DNA of 64,000 nucleotides, from contig NW_026860906.1 in assembly GCF_026571515.1 (NCBI RefSeq), positions 1-64,000 on the forward strand. Reading direction: 5' to 3'. Source of the DNA: Ruditapes philippinarum. Its lineage: Eukaryota. A model generated the notes under the pieces. It was not told where the DNA came from, ran no database searches, and was given only the letters and a program-made list of their open reading frames with translations. Positions 52,156 to 64,000 of the stretch are shown piece by piece. The translations under genes and the position numbers were made by a program. Numbering within the stretch: position 1 is the first letter of the stretch; each line of letters opens with the position of its first letter.

Positions 52156-52804
52156 CTATATGTCCTGTTTGATTTACAATATCCCATATACATTTGTTAT
52201 CACCATTACATTTATGATAGTAATATTCATCATTAAAACTGATGTAAATTGATAGAATTTGGATAATTATTATGAATTAAAGAACTTTTCTTCTTAATTA
52301 ATTGCATTTAAAAGTTAGAGTCAGAAACTGTTGAACATAAAAAAAAATTAAAAAATGTTGTGTTGATGTAATGTTGTGTTGATGTAAATCAAATGCCTAA
52401 ATAAACTTTATTGAGCAACCAGTACTTCATTAAATATCATCATAGCGATTTCCAAATACACATTTGTTTATTTTCCGTGCCATGTACATGTATATTTTAT
52501 ATGCATGTACATATAAAGGTGTACATGTATATTTTGTGAAATGAAATTAGAAAAAAAATCCAATGATATAACTCGATTTGATGACCACTTCTCCCTAAAT
52601 TTCAAAACTTCTCTCTATTTTTCCTGAAGAGAGAAGTCACTTCTCCCTAAATTTTCAGTCCAAGGTAGTCCCTGAAGATGACAGACCTTTGAGATTTGCC
52701 GGATAAAGTATCATAACATTGCAATGATTGGACTGTTTATAATTACTTCTTTGGTATCACAAGACAAAACGAACCTGCTGAATGATTTATGTATGACTTC
52801 TAAT

Positions 52805-53845
52805 TCTACCCGTGCACAAAAAAGTTGTAAGGGGGTTGGGATATACTGGAATCAGCTTGTCCGTCAAGCCGTCTCCCTGTACAAACATGTAGATACTTGG
52901 GTGGCTATGGGAACAATAGGTAACAGTAAATTTTCTTTGATGCTATTCATTCAGTAAGCTCTTATGTGGCTACTTTTTCTCTTACGTGCCTAAAAGAACA
53001 ATAGAGAGAACAAAACAGTAGCCACTTAAACACCAAACTTTGAGGACATCCGTCCAGCAGTTTTTCTTGTTCGCCAAATAACTCAAGATTCCCTTGAACC
53101 ACAGTCTTCATATATGTTATATAGATTGGTCATGATTAGTAGATGGCCCCTATTGATTTTGAGGTAACCAGGTCAAGGTCACAGGGGCCTTGACTTAAAA
53201 AAAGCTTGTCTGCCCAATAACTCGAGTATCCTTTGACCCACAGTCTTAATATTTGGTATGGAGTATGGTCATGATTATTAGATGACCCTTTTGTTTTCGA
53301 GGTCACTGAGTCAAAGGTTGGTTATGTCTAGTAGCTTATCCTATTGATTTTGAGGTCACTAGGTCAAGGACAGAAGGACCTTAAAAACTACAAAAAGCTT
53401 GTCCGCCCAATAACTTAAGAATCCTTTGACCCACGGTCGTCATATTTGTCATGGAGGTTAGTCATGACTTTTAAATGACCCTATTGCTTTTGAGGTCACT
53501 GGGTCAAATGTCAAGGTTGCAGGGTCCTTTAGTTCAAAATGTTTGTCCGTCCAACAACTTAATAATCTTTTGACCCACAGTCTTCATGTTTGGTATTGAG
53601 GTTAAACTTGTAGATGACACCTATTGATTTTAGGTGTCTGTGTGAAAGGTCAAGGTCACAGGGGCTTTTACTACAATAAGCTTGTTTTCTCAAATGCTTA
53701 AGTATGTCTGTCAAATTTGTATTGATTTTGACATTTTCTCATTTGAAGCATTTAATTATGTTCTCATATATTTATTATAAAAAAACAGACAAAGCAGCAT
53801 GAATGGGGGAGAGGGGTTCAAGTCATGCAGTGGCAGTTTCAGTTT
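52805..53845 (+). mobile_element. Degenerate HINE-like element with gacccacagtctt...ggtcaaggtcac tandem units
   Basis: Recurrent cctattgattttgaggtcac..ggtcaa units. Confidence 0.65.
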
Positions 53846-56772
53846 TGAGGTCAGTAGGTCAAAGGTAAAGGTCACTTTTATCTTTGTCACTAAAAACATG
53901 TAGAATACATAACAAAAACTGTAAAGAAAATCGAGAAATTACTGTCGATCCCGAAAAACTCATGGATATCATAAAGCGGGAGAAAAGCGGCACCTAACTA
54001 TAGATAGATATAGACCATTTTACAGTACGATTTTTCCATAGCAACGTATGTTGCATTTCGCGCATGCGCATTCTGCGTAGAGCAAAAGCTCAATAAAGAT
54101 AGAATACATTTTAGTGTACTTAAAGGCTTTAAAAAGCGTGATTCACCCAGAAAAAAGAAATTTTGGGATGAATTGAAGCGGTAAGTACTTAAAACGTGAA
54201 TTGATATTTAAAACAGATACACAAAATTAGCGGGACTTACAATTCAACGACCAAAACTTAAAGTCCACTGTTCAAGGTATCATTAGGTGACTTTTTCATC
54301 AGTAATTTAAATTAAAACAGCAGGGTGTTAAAGATCACATTTTTTTCCATGTATTACATAATATTACACAATTGATATTCCTTTGAAAGTGGATTGGCAA
54401 GGCGGTTAGTGTCAAAAAGATTGACACGTTACCGGTTGTTATTTGCCAGCTAGTTTATCATTCAACCGGGTCGTTTTAGTAACATGACATAGTTAATTTC
54501 TTAAAACTATGAACATGATTAATCGTAATTTAAGTAACTTTCATTTATACCAATCTCATCAATGTTTATTGATTTTGTGAAGTGACAAATAGTGTACGTG
54601 TCGTGCATTTCCATGTGTTACAAGGAACCGGATAAAATGTGTGTTATTCCACCACCCATCTTAACTTCTCAAGAGTTTAGAAAATTATTTAAATATATAT
54701 GTGACTTAAAATATATAACACGCGTTCCGACTTTTTTCAGAATGATAATTAACCTCGATTTTAAATGTTATAAAATTTATATTAAATGTTATATATAATT
54801 ATTTGTTAAAAAAATAGTTTTTATATGGACGATTTCAATAACAATTAAATTGACTTCTTTATTTGCTAATATATATAGTTCAACATTTTTTTACAACAAT
54901 AATTTCAATGTCAGGTCAGTGATCGTAAGTCGATAGTATGTTACAGGCTATATGAAAATAATGCAGAATGCTACGTCATGTGGACACGTACAAATTTACC
55001 CGTTTATTTGCCATATGGAACATTTGCTATTCTGTTACAGAATAGGTACACCACATCCTCTCAAATTCATGTCCTAAAAATGGTAACATGTCAAGAAGAA
55101 AATGCGAATGTAAATATAGCCTATTGCCTCGACTTAAATTTTTATCCGTGTTACACCGATACTTGAACATGTCTATTTACGTCTAGCATACAGCCATATT
55201 TTAATTAAAAGCCCATTATACCCCAAGAAAGGTATTTTTGGTATATTTATTTCTCAAAATCTTTCTATATTTGATGTCCTGTTCAGGATTTTTTTTAAAA
55301 AGTTACTCATTGGTCGATTACCCGTACAATACCCTGCTTGAATTGATTCTTGCAATACGTACAGCTACAGTTGTTAAATATTCTGTATGGAATAAAAATA
55401 CTACTCTGTTTACATTTTACTTCTTAAAATACAATTATTTTCATTTTCAGCACTTTCTCCGGGTGATAGCATCTAACTATTAATTAAACGTTACAAAACT
55501 GATGCTTTACTCATGTATGTCCTTATCAAGAAAGAAAGTTGCAGAGATATTCTTTGAAAGATAATGTTAATATAACATTAAAATTACAAGAGCACGGTTC
55601 AACCACCACATCGTTCCTGGTTAGACTGTCAAGCAGTTTACGTGTACTTGTTGAATTTTCTTTCGCAAGGAACTGATATTTTCTGTACATGCCAGAGCAG
55701 AGGTACAGTGCGAGTGACCGTAGAAAGGATTTCATACTCAATCACAACGAAAGTGACATGTATCCTCCGGGAATCAAACCCGGGTCGCCCGATTCACAGT
55801 CCAAAGCTGTACATAGCTGTTGAGCTAATCGGACGGCTGTTCGACTGGCGATTGCGTATGACTTTTATTGCTATCGGAATTCCTTTGTTTTATAGCCGAT
55901 AAGATGCGACTGACTGTCCATGGCGTTTTGATACTCATAGAGTTTTTGGCGCCAAAAAAACTAAAAAGTGTTTTGAACATTTTTAAAATTGTTGATGTGT
56001 TTTAGAAGTGGCATATGCATGCATGCTAGCGTACTGTATGTAATTTAATATAAACAATAATAATTATATGATGTTTAATTTCCTGTATTCAAGTATGTCT
56101 ACTTTATGAGATTCTATATATATTATACTTATATAATAACCTTATTAGATCAGTATTTTTATACTATATCCTATCGTGAGATGTTAATTACTTCCTTCTT
56201 TTCAAGATGACACTCAGCCTCTTCAAAGTCCCAGCCACTGTTTCCCGGGGTGTGGCCTTGATTGTACACTTAACTAGTGCATACTTTAAAAGCCTCAATA
56301 AAAAATATGCGGAAAATCTCGTTAAGCTCTATCAAATTTATCAATTTTCACACGCCCACGTAGCCAACTCTTAAAAATTAATTACAAATGAACAATTTCG
56401 AATCAAATAATTAAATTCATTTTATTAATATGTGGAGAAAAGAAACTTTTATAAAGTATACGTCTTTATAGAATTAAATTTATTTTATTCTCGTTAACTT
56501 AATTATATACATGTGAAGGAGTTTATGCATGTAAATCTACTAAAGTATAAATTTAAATTCTAATTAACATTATTTGAAAATGCAGTGCACTGTTTTAATC
56601 AATACATACTTTCACGTTCAAATTGTTTTGACTGATTAAATAATTCACTGTACATGTACAGGATTTCGTAATTTAACAACTTTACGACTAGCTATGTCAA
56701 AACTCATTCAGAAAATATTTTACCTGTCTGGGAAAGTAAAGGTTAAAGGTCAATATATCTGTCTAACTATAA

Positions 56773-56891
56773 CGGAAGTGACGTCACACAACCATTTATG
56801 GAGTCGATCAACGGCCAAAATTAATTTATTAGATTTATCATTTATTTCTAAATTTTGCTGGACGACATTGACAGTGGGATATCGCGTAAGT
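56773..56891 (+). promoter_or_regulatory. Candidate promoter and non-coding first exon of the LPP/zyxin gene
   Basis: Overlapping ETS-CRE motif CGGAAGTGACGTCAC at 56773-56787 and donor gtaagt at 56886. The ATG exon at 59684 starts at an acceptor, so an upstream exon must exist. Confidence 0.45.
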
Positions 56892-57441
56892 TCAAAATAA
56901 AGTATCTGTCCTATCTACTATTTCTTTTATTCTTGCTCAGTGTGTGTTTCTACAAAAATCTCGTTGTCCAAAAATTCGAGACCGTGTGAAAAAAGTGGGT
57001 GGAGTACGAGCACCTAACTGTCAAATGAGGAAATGCAATATGGAACTGTTTTGACAGTTCTACAAAGAAGGCATTTTACATATTACATGATTAAATTGAA
57101 TTATATTAACTGCGGAGAATAACTTATTTCTTCATAAACTTTCTTTAGGTCATAGAATAAATTCTAAAAAAAAGCTATCGATACAGTTCCAACTTTGATT
57201 TTGAATCTTTTAATTCATTTGTTTTGATAGAATACCACTAGTACTGTCTGTCATTGACATTATTTAAAATGTATCAGTAGAAGTGGTAGCAAACTTTCAG
57301 TGGTGGCTGATATTCTCCCACAGCCTTTAGGTGCTTTACTAACAAGTTGCCAATATGATTACTTAACATTAGAAGCGTCTTTACCCTATGTTTATGAAAT
57401 TGACGTCATGTCAAAATTTAGCACTACTGTGCAATAGCATT

Positions 57442-58975
57442 TTTAGCTCGACTATTCGATAAGAATAAGTAGAGCTATTGTAGTCACCCGAGCGTCGGCG
57501 TCGGCGTAACCACTTATGTTAAAGTTTTTGTAATAGTTTAAATATTTTCAAAGTCCATTGACATATGGCTTTGAAACTTTGCACACTTGTTCACCATCAT
57601 TACCCCAACCTATAAATAGGAGGAGGTAACTGTATCAAGCATTTTGACAGAATTATGCCCCTTTTTCGACTTAGAATTTACGTTAAAGTTTTTGTAATAG
57701 TTCAAATATTTTCAAAGTCCATTGACATATGGCTTTGAAACTTTGCACACTTGTTCACCATCATTACCCCAACCTGTAAACAGGAGGAGGTAACTGTATC
57801 AAGCATTTTGACAGAATTATGCCCCTTTTTTGACTTAGAATTTACGTTAAAGTTTTTGTAATACCTCAAATATTTTCAAAGTCCATTGACATATGGCTTT
57901 TAAACTTTGCACACTTGTTCACCATCATTACCCCAACCTGTAAACAGGAGGAGGTAACTGTATCAAGCATTTTTTTTTACAATCAAGCACTAAGAATAGT
58001 CAGAGTTCCAGATAACGTGCGTATCGGCGTATTTTACGCTTCAAAAGCAGCTAAATACGCACCATATTTCAAATTTGTTGCGTTCATTTACGCACGTTAT
58101 AAATTAAATACGCAAAGAATGAAAAATCGAAGCGTATTTGGTGTGTACTTTCATTTTCGAAACAGCTGATTACAGTTGGCTGTGTATCTTTTTCCGTTCA
58201 ATACCCGCCAAAATACTTTACCTACTTTTCATTCTGTAAACCAGTCAAATTATGTCTTTATCGCGTAGACGCTTGGTAAAACGTGTGGCTTGATTTCCTT
58301 TATAATTGCAAGCGTTTGTTAATAATGACGTAAATCATGGCTGCTTCCAAACCAAAGCAGAGGAAAATTGACAATTTTTTAACGCAACTCAGTTACCCAC
58401 TAAAACAATTGTGAATCCTATTGTTGAAGACATTTAAGATCGTGTATGAAAAGGGCGCACATAATTGTGAATCGCAACACAACACTTGAAAATTGGCAAA
58501 AATGTTATCCGTGGTGGTACTGAAGTACGAATGAAATATCTGACTTGTCATAAATTTAAAGCTGACAATGTATGGGCTAATGAAAGTGCAATAAACATGC
58601 AGAAATCGGCTATTGATTGGTGATTATTTGTAACGTTACTGTTTATGTATTGTCACCAATTTTTGTTGTAAACAATATAAAATAAAATAAGAATATGGTA
58701 AAGGCCTTTCAATTGAAGTGAATTCACGCTGAATATCTGCTAAATTAATACAAAATAAATATCTTTAATGTATTTTCATTAAAAAAATTTCTATTTTCAA
58801 AGGATCATATTATTTTTGTACAAAAAAGTAAGTCATTTAATTGTACCCTTTAGATTTATGATATATCTAAATTTACCCCCACATTCTGAAAAGTGGGGGT
58901 AATTACCCCCAGTGTAAAAAAATTATCTGGAACTCTGAATAGTCGAGCGTTGCTGTCCTACCGACAGCTCTTGTT
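57442..58975 (+). mobile_element. HINE-like element with the same termini as 42095-42963 and about 3 units of about 164 bp, interrupted by a MITE
   Basis: ttttagctcgactattc ... gaatagtcgagcgttgctgtcctaccgacagctcttgtt. Confidence 0.85.
58001..58937. mobile_element. MITE with 15-bp TIRs CAGAGTTCCAGATAA; TSD AATAGT (6 bp) or GAATAGTC (8 bp if the ends are one base shorter)
   Basis: TIRs at 58001-58015 and 58923-58937. The duplication is confirmed against the uninterrupted host terminus at about 42925-42940. Confidence 0.85.
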
Positions 58976-59684
58976 ATGGTGTTGCAAATGCGGCATGGGT
59001 ATGTTATAAGATTTTTAATATATATACAATTAAGAAATAATGAACAGGCTAAACCAGGAGAATTAGGGGACAAATTTTCTGCTTTGTAATCTCGCTATTT
59101 TGAAAGATAAATAAATCGGTCAGCTAAAAAAATAGTCTGTCTATATATCTTCCATTAACTTCAAGCCCCATACAGTCACAGTGCCATCAAGTTTTTTAGT
59201 CTATCAAAAAAAACCCAAAAAACTGTAAGCTGCGATTTTTTCAAAAGCCTTGAAAAATCTTAGTTTTTACAGGGCATTTATTATATAAGACTATTAGAAT
59301 TGATAAAATTCATTACAGGTAATAATTGGGATATTCTAATAAGTAAACATTATCATTTTGATAAAACGGTTAGAAATATGGTAAGCATTTACAAATGTAA
59401 ATTGAAATGAATATAATGTTAAATGTGTGAATGTTGGACCTTAGTGGCTGATTTTGCAATGTTTTGACTGGGGACATTTAATTCAAATTAACTCATGGAG
59501 ACACATTTATATAGATAATTACCGGAAACTGTTTCGTAATTGAGACCTTTAATTAATGGAATTGAGAATTAGGTTCAAAATAAATGTTTATGAAGGTTTT
59601 TTTTATTTTCAGATGCTAATTATAAATTGATTATAGATGATTTAATATTGTACATTATTTTAATTTATCTTTTATCTGAACAGA

Positions 59685-62600
59685 ATGGCCCAACACAGTT
59701 TAAGTCAAGATTTTCAACGTATAGCTATTCATGAACCAAGACAGCATGGTGGTCAGGCACCCACATATAGAACAGGTACTACATAAAATACCCTTCTTTA
59801 GCATGTTTCTATATATCGGTAGTCAAACTAAAATGCATTTTCCTTTAAAAAACTTGACAACTTTCAAATCCATTATACATGCCAAGTATAGAATTCTTTC
59901 TAGAGAAAAGACATCTTAACAGGAATTAAATTTTAGGGCTAATGAAAATTTAATTTTGACTATACGTTTTATCACTTGTCTGTATTTTTGAAAATTTCCA
60001 CTTGTCCAAACAGGATGTGGAACAACCTGGGCAAGACTGAAAATTGATTTTGCCACCCTGACAGTGAGTTTTCTCACTAAGTTGGGAAGAGGTCTTAGCC
60101 TCTTGATTTTTGGGAAAAATTATCACTAAAATTTCAGATTTGGGAAGTAAAAAGCAGGTTTATGTTCAGGTTTTTTGGAAAACTTCAATTGGGAAGAGGC
60201 CCTTTATCGGAGTCTGTTATATAAGCAGGAAAATAACTGCCTGAGGATCACCTCCTTTCATTGTTATCCTTTAATATTAAGCTACAGATTTTTTCTTGTA
60301 TTATTTCTTGTGCTATTCATAATTCTGGTATCTTAAAGTTAGTTGTAATTTTCAGCAGTTTTTTTCCCTTATATACATTGTATATAGAAAATTGAATGAC
60401 TATGATGCCTATACAATAAAATGGTTGTCAAACAAAATTGATTTCTTTTTGTATTTTCTGATCGTAAGATCAGTAAATACATAGCTAACATCCACGGTCT
60501 AACACAAAATTTCCTCACAGTCCTAACAACGCAAAGTAGTTCTCACTCAAAACTGCTTAAAAACCAGCAATTTAAAAGAAAGAATATTTTTTTAATGTAG
60601 GCATTTAACGAATTACAGTGCATTAAAAGTTTAGATTAGTCAACAGAAATATGAGGTTACAATCACAAATTTCGCGGATGAATATCTTTTTTACCCAATG
60701 AAAAATGTTCGGCTATTTCCGTAAAGCTTCGGATTATCATGATCAATGAAAATGCTATTTTTAGCTATGTCGATTACCGAATACATGTACTCCAGAGCGT
60801 AGTACACAAATAAATCTGACTGTCGAGTAGTGGAATATATACATGTCGGACTGTTTTGGCGAGAAGATTTTCGCTAAATTATTTTCATCAGTGCTAAACA
60901 ACAGGTTTATCGTGAACAAAATACCTCGAAATTAATAAGGATTACAAACACGAAATGGAAATTCTCAATTTAGAATTACATAATGTATTCGTTTTTATTC
61001 AAGGTACATATGTATAACTTCGCCGTGGTGCAGAGGTAAGCGGTCTCGTTGAGGGTGTGAGAGGCCTATGGTTCAAATCCTAGTCGAGGCAATTCTATTT
61101 TTTTTCATGCAAAATTCCATATGTATCAATCTCAAACCGTTATAGAAGAAAATCAAAACGCTGTCGCTGCGTAAGATGAATTATAGTATATAAAAATAAA
61201 CTTGTACAGGAAAATACATACAGATAGTCAGTATGATTTAGATTGCAAAAATCAGAAAATACCATAGAGCTGCAGCCCTTTGATTCAATGTAGATGCCGC
61301 TTTTGCATGATAACTTTCAAGACAATTGTTTGAATGCATATTATGTTGACAACTTTCAGTTTCATGATAATTGTTTGAATGCATATTATGTTGATAACTT
61401 TCAGTTTCATGATAATTGTTTGAATGAATATTATGTTGATAACTTTCAGTTTCATGATAATTGTTTGAATGAATATTATGTTGATAACTTTCAGTTTCAT
61501 GATAATTGTTTGAATGAATATTATGTTGATAACTTTCAGTTTCATGATAATTGTTTGAATGAATATTATGTTGATAACTTTCAGTTTCATGATAATTGTT
61601 TGAATGAATATTATGTTTGTCTCAAGCATGTTGATGTACACATTTAAGCTTATGTTTACATTTCCTTAACAAATTTATTCTCTTACAGGCCCCGCGCCAT
61701 TCAGGGCATATCATGATGGCAAAGATGATTTCCCTCCCCCGCCTCCCCCTTCCTCACAACCTTTCATGGAGCACAATTTCCCCCCTCCCCCACCAGAATC
61801 CAAGGAGAATATCTACCATGAGATACGGGATGAAGATTTTCCTCCTCCTCCACCTACTGGAGCTGAGCCAATGTATACAAGGCCTGGTAAGAAGTTTGTC
61901 TAATAATCATTTATATTGAAATAAGGAATATACATGTATACAGTATTTTATATTGTATGTACTTAAAGCTAGTGTGATGCATGATAATTATATTCCAATC
62001 AAATCTGCTAACCATTTCCAAGGAAACTAGTGTAATGCATGATATATTCCAATTATATTTCAAATCTGCTAACCACAAGAATCAACCATGGTAAATGTAA
62101 ATTAATGATTAACATGTTGAATATATTATAATCATGGGCTTAAAATTAATAAGCATGTTTTACCAATTTATGCCCCAATTTTGGGGATGAGAGCAGGGGA
62201 GCATATATATTTGCCCTTTTCCTTGTGGCCATTGCCAGTCCCAACAGTCATGCTGTCATGCTTTCAATCCAAAGACAGAAAAAACAAAGTAATGTTTGGG
62301 AATCTGTGTCTTTTGAATAAGGTCCAGCCTGTACATCCATGCAGTCTTTGACTAGGCTCTATACTGCTGACAGATCAATTTTAGTATTTTGTAAATAATC
62401 GTTAACAATGCAAAATGGACTGTTACAAATTCAAAGGAGGGCAGGTCAGTTATAAAAAAAATCAGCAGTTTAACTAAACTTTGACTAGAAGAATAATGTT
62501 AGCTTGTGACATGTTGATAGGTTACACACAGTACGGGAGCCCAATGACGTCATATGAGAGCAGGCACGAGTCACAGACACTGGTTCAACCATCCGGGAGA

Positions 62601-63962
62601 TATGAACGTGAAGTGAAACAAGCAACATACAGTATTCAAAGCTCTGATAGTAAGTAAAGTTTATAATATGCTTTGCCTTGTATTAGTAAGTAAAGTTTAT
62701 AATATGCTTTGCCTTGTACTAGTAAAATTGTTTATCCTTTTAAGATGTGACATTTGTTGATAAACCAGTTTCAGATGGAAGACATTGTTGTTATGCAGGT
62801 TGTAAGTTAGTTCATGTCTCCATTGAGTTATGCAATGTTCTTTATTTTTTCGGAAGGACCATTACTTTTAATGTTTTATATCTTGAAACATGTGTACATT
62901 ACAGGCAGTGGAAGGTCATCTCCACGTTCATCACCCTATACAAGCCAGTATGCCAACTTCTCAAACCTACAAAACACATATAACACAAGTTCTGCCCCGC
63001 AGACATATAGTACGTCAAACTATGGCAGCTCGCAGGGGTATAACTCATCACCATCATACGGCCAGTATTCATCGAGCAACATTAGAAGCAACAGTCCTTC
63101 TAGGTACTCGCCCAACTCTCCAAGACAGGCAGAAGAATCTGGTGTTACATACGCCCAGATCGCCCCTAGATCTGAATCTGGTGTCACATACGCCCAGATC
63201 GCACCGAGATCCGATCGTCCGGTACCTGGACCACAAACACCCATTCAGATCAAGGTTGCTGATTCAAAACAGCAGTCATACCCTTCACCAAGTCAGTCGC
63301 AGTATTCAAGGTCATTGCAAGGGCAGCAACCAGTATCGTCCGGATATTCACCGTCATCATTGTCTCCTAGAGGGGCCGACTCAAGGGGAGGTAACTCTAA
63401 AGAACAGGAAGTAGATGCACTTACTCAGATGTTAATGCAAGGTCTAGAAGGGACAAAAGATCCAGATTTCTTTGGTATTTCAAGTTATATATTGTCTCAC
63501 AGAAAATCATAATTTCACAGAAAATCATAAATTTTCTAAAAATTGGAACATCTGTCTATTTGAAGTATACATTTTGGTATTTAAATAAAGTAAAGTATTT
63601 TGGAGACCTCAATGACCAAAAGGTTGAGGTTGATGACTTTGAACCAAAGGCCTACACTGCTGTGGGTTTGAATACTTTTTAATAAAAATGAAACGTTACA
63701 AAGCTCTACACTGAAATTCTATGAAATTCTATGATAAATATGCTATATGACCTCTTCAAAGTTTGATATATTAAAATTGAAATTCCACAAACTTATTGTA
63801 GTAGACAGTTTCAAACTTGCATAAAACATGGATTTAGCATGTTGATATTTAATAATTCAGGGATATGTGCCAAATGTGGAAAGAAAGTTGTTGGAGAGTC
63901 TAACGGGTGTACAGCAATGGACCAGGTCTTCCACATAGCATGTTTTGTCTGTGTAAGCTGTG
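59685..63962 (+). CDS. LPP: Zyxin/LPP-family LIM protein, 3'-incomplete. Exons 59685-59775, 61689-61886, 62521-62649, 62905-63474, 63861-63962
   Basis: Three FPPPP (EVH1-ligand) motifs in exon 2; pre-LIM helix KEQEVDALTQMLMQGLE; LIM1 start FFGICAKCGKKVVGESNGCTAMDQVFHIACFVCVSC. All junctions phase 1, GT-AG. Confidence 0.9.
61020..61100 (+). mobile_element. tRNA-like segment of a repeat element, not a functional tRNA
   Basis: gccgtggtgcagaggtaagcg (A-box-like) ... ggttcaaatcc (B box) followed by a T run; stems do not close properly. Confidence 0.45.
61305..61618. repeat. Intronic minisatellite, 45-bp unit, about 7 copies
   Basis: tgataattgtttgaatgaatattatgttgataactttcagtttca repeated contiguously. 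Confidence 0.95.
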
Positions 63963-64000
63963 GTAAGTTCACTATAGTTGTTATATCAAATCATATTTCC

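Noticed and set aside
55700-55830. tRNA gene candidates (also 61020-61100 and 48470-48525)
   Set aside because: A/B-box-like motifs are present but the cloverleaf stems do not close; these are SINE-type or repeat-derived.
61285-61647. Repetitive ORFs on both strands; possible CRISPR-like array
   Set aside because: A 45-bp contiguous minisatellite in an LPP intron, with no unique spacers. The frames stay open only because the unit is 3n and stop-free.
62890-63414. 174-aa alternative-frame ORF and antisense ORF in the LPP exon
   Set aside because: Non-ATG start and explained by the Ser/Pro/Tyr codon bias of the real frame.

Overview
AT-rich, intron-containing animal genomic DNA. The repeat families look like those of a bivalve, probably a venerid clam (inference). 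Six spliced genes can be built by hand from GT-AG junctions with consistent phases: (1) a 5'-truncated NACHT/NLR-like gene (+, 1222-6621) with an exon of 22-aa amphipathic repeats; (2,3) two tandem two-exon paralogues (-) encoding type II membrane proteins with a bacterial-type CBM9-like (DOMON-like) domain; (4) a TMED6-like p24/GOLD cargo receptor (-, 22879-32922); (5) a C8orf33/UPF0488 homologue (+); (6) the 5' part of a zyxin/LPP LIM gene (+, runs off the window). The standout is the p24 gene. Between exons 1 and 3 lie four homologous, intact versions of exon 2, all starting V-[LI]-[RY]-G-G-D and all phase 0 to phase 1. Two of them are absent from the ORF track. Only one can be included in frame, so this looks like a mutually exclusive exon cassette that swaps the core of the luminal GOLD domain. 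The rest is dense in non-autonomous elements: two CAC-terminal elements with 5-bp TSDs (Transib-like), a MULE-like MITE, Helentron-associated repeat-carrying elements, SINEs, LINE remnants, foldbacks and minisatellites. All family assignments come from motif recognition by eye, not from database searches.
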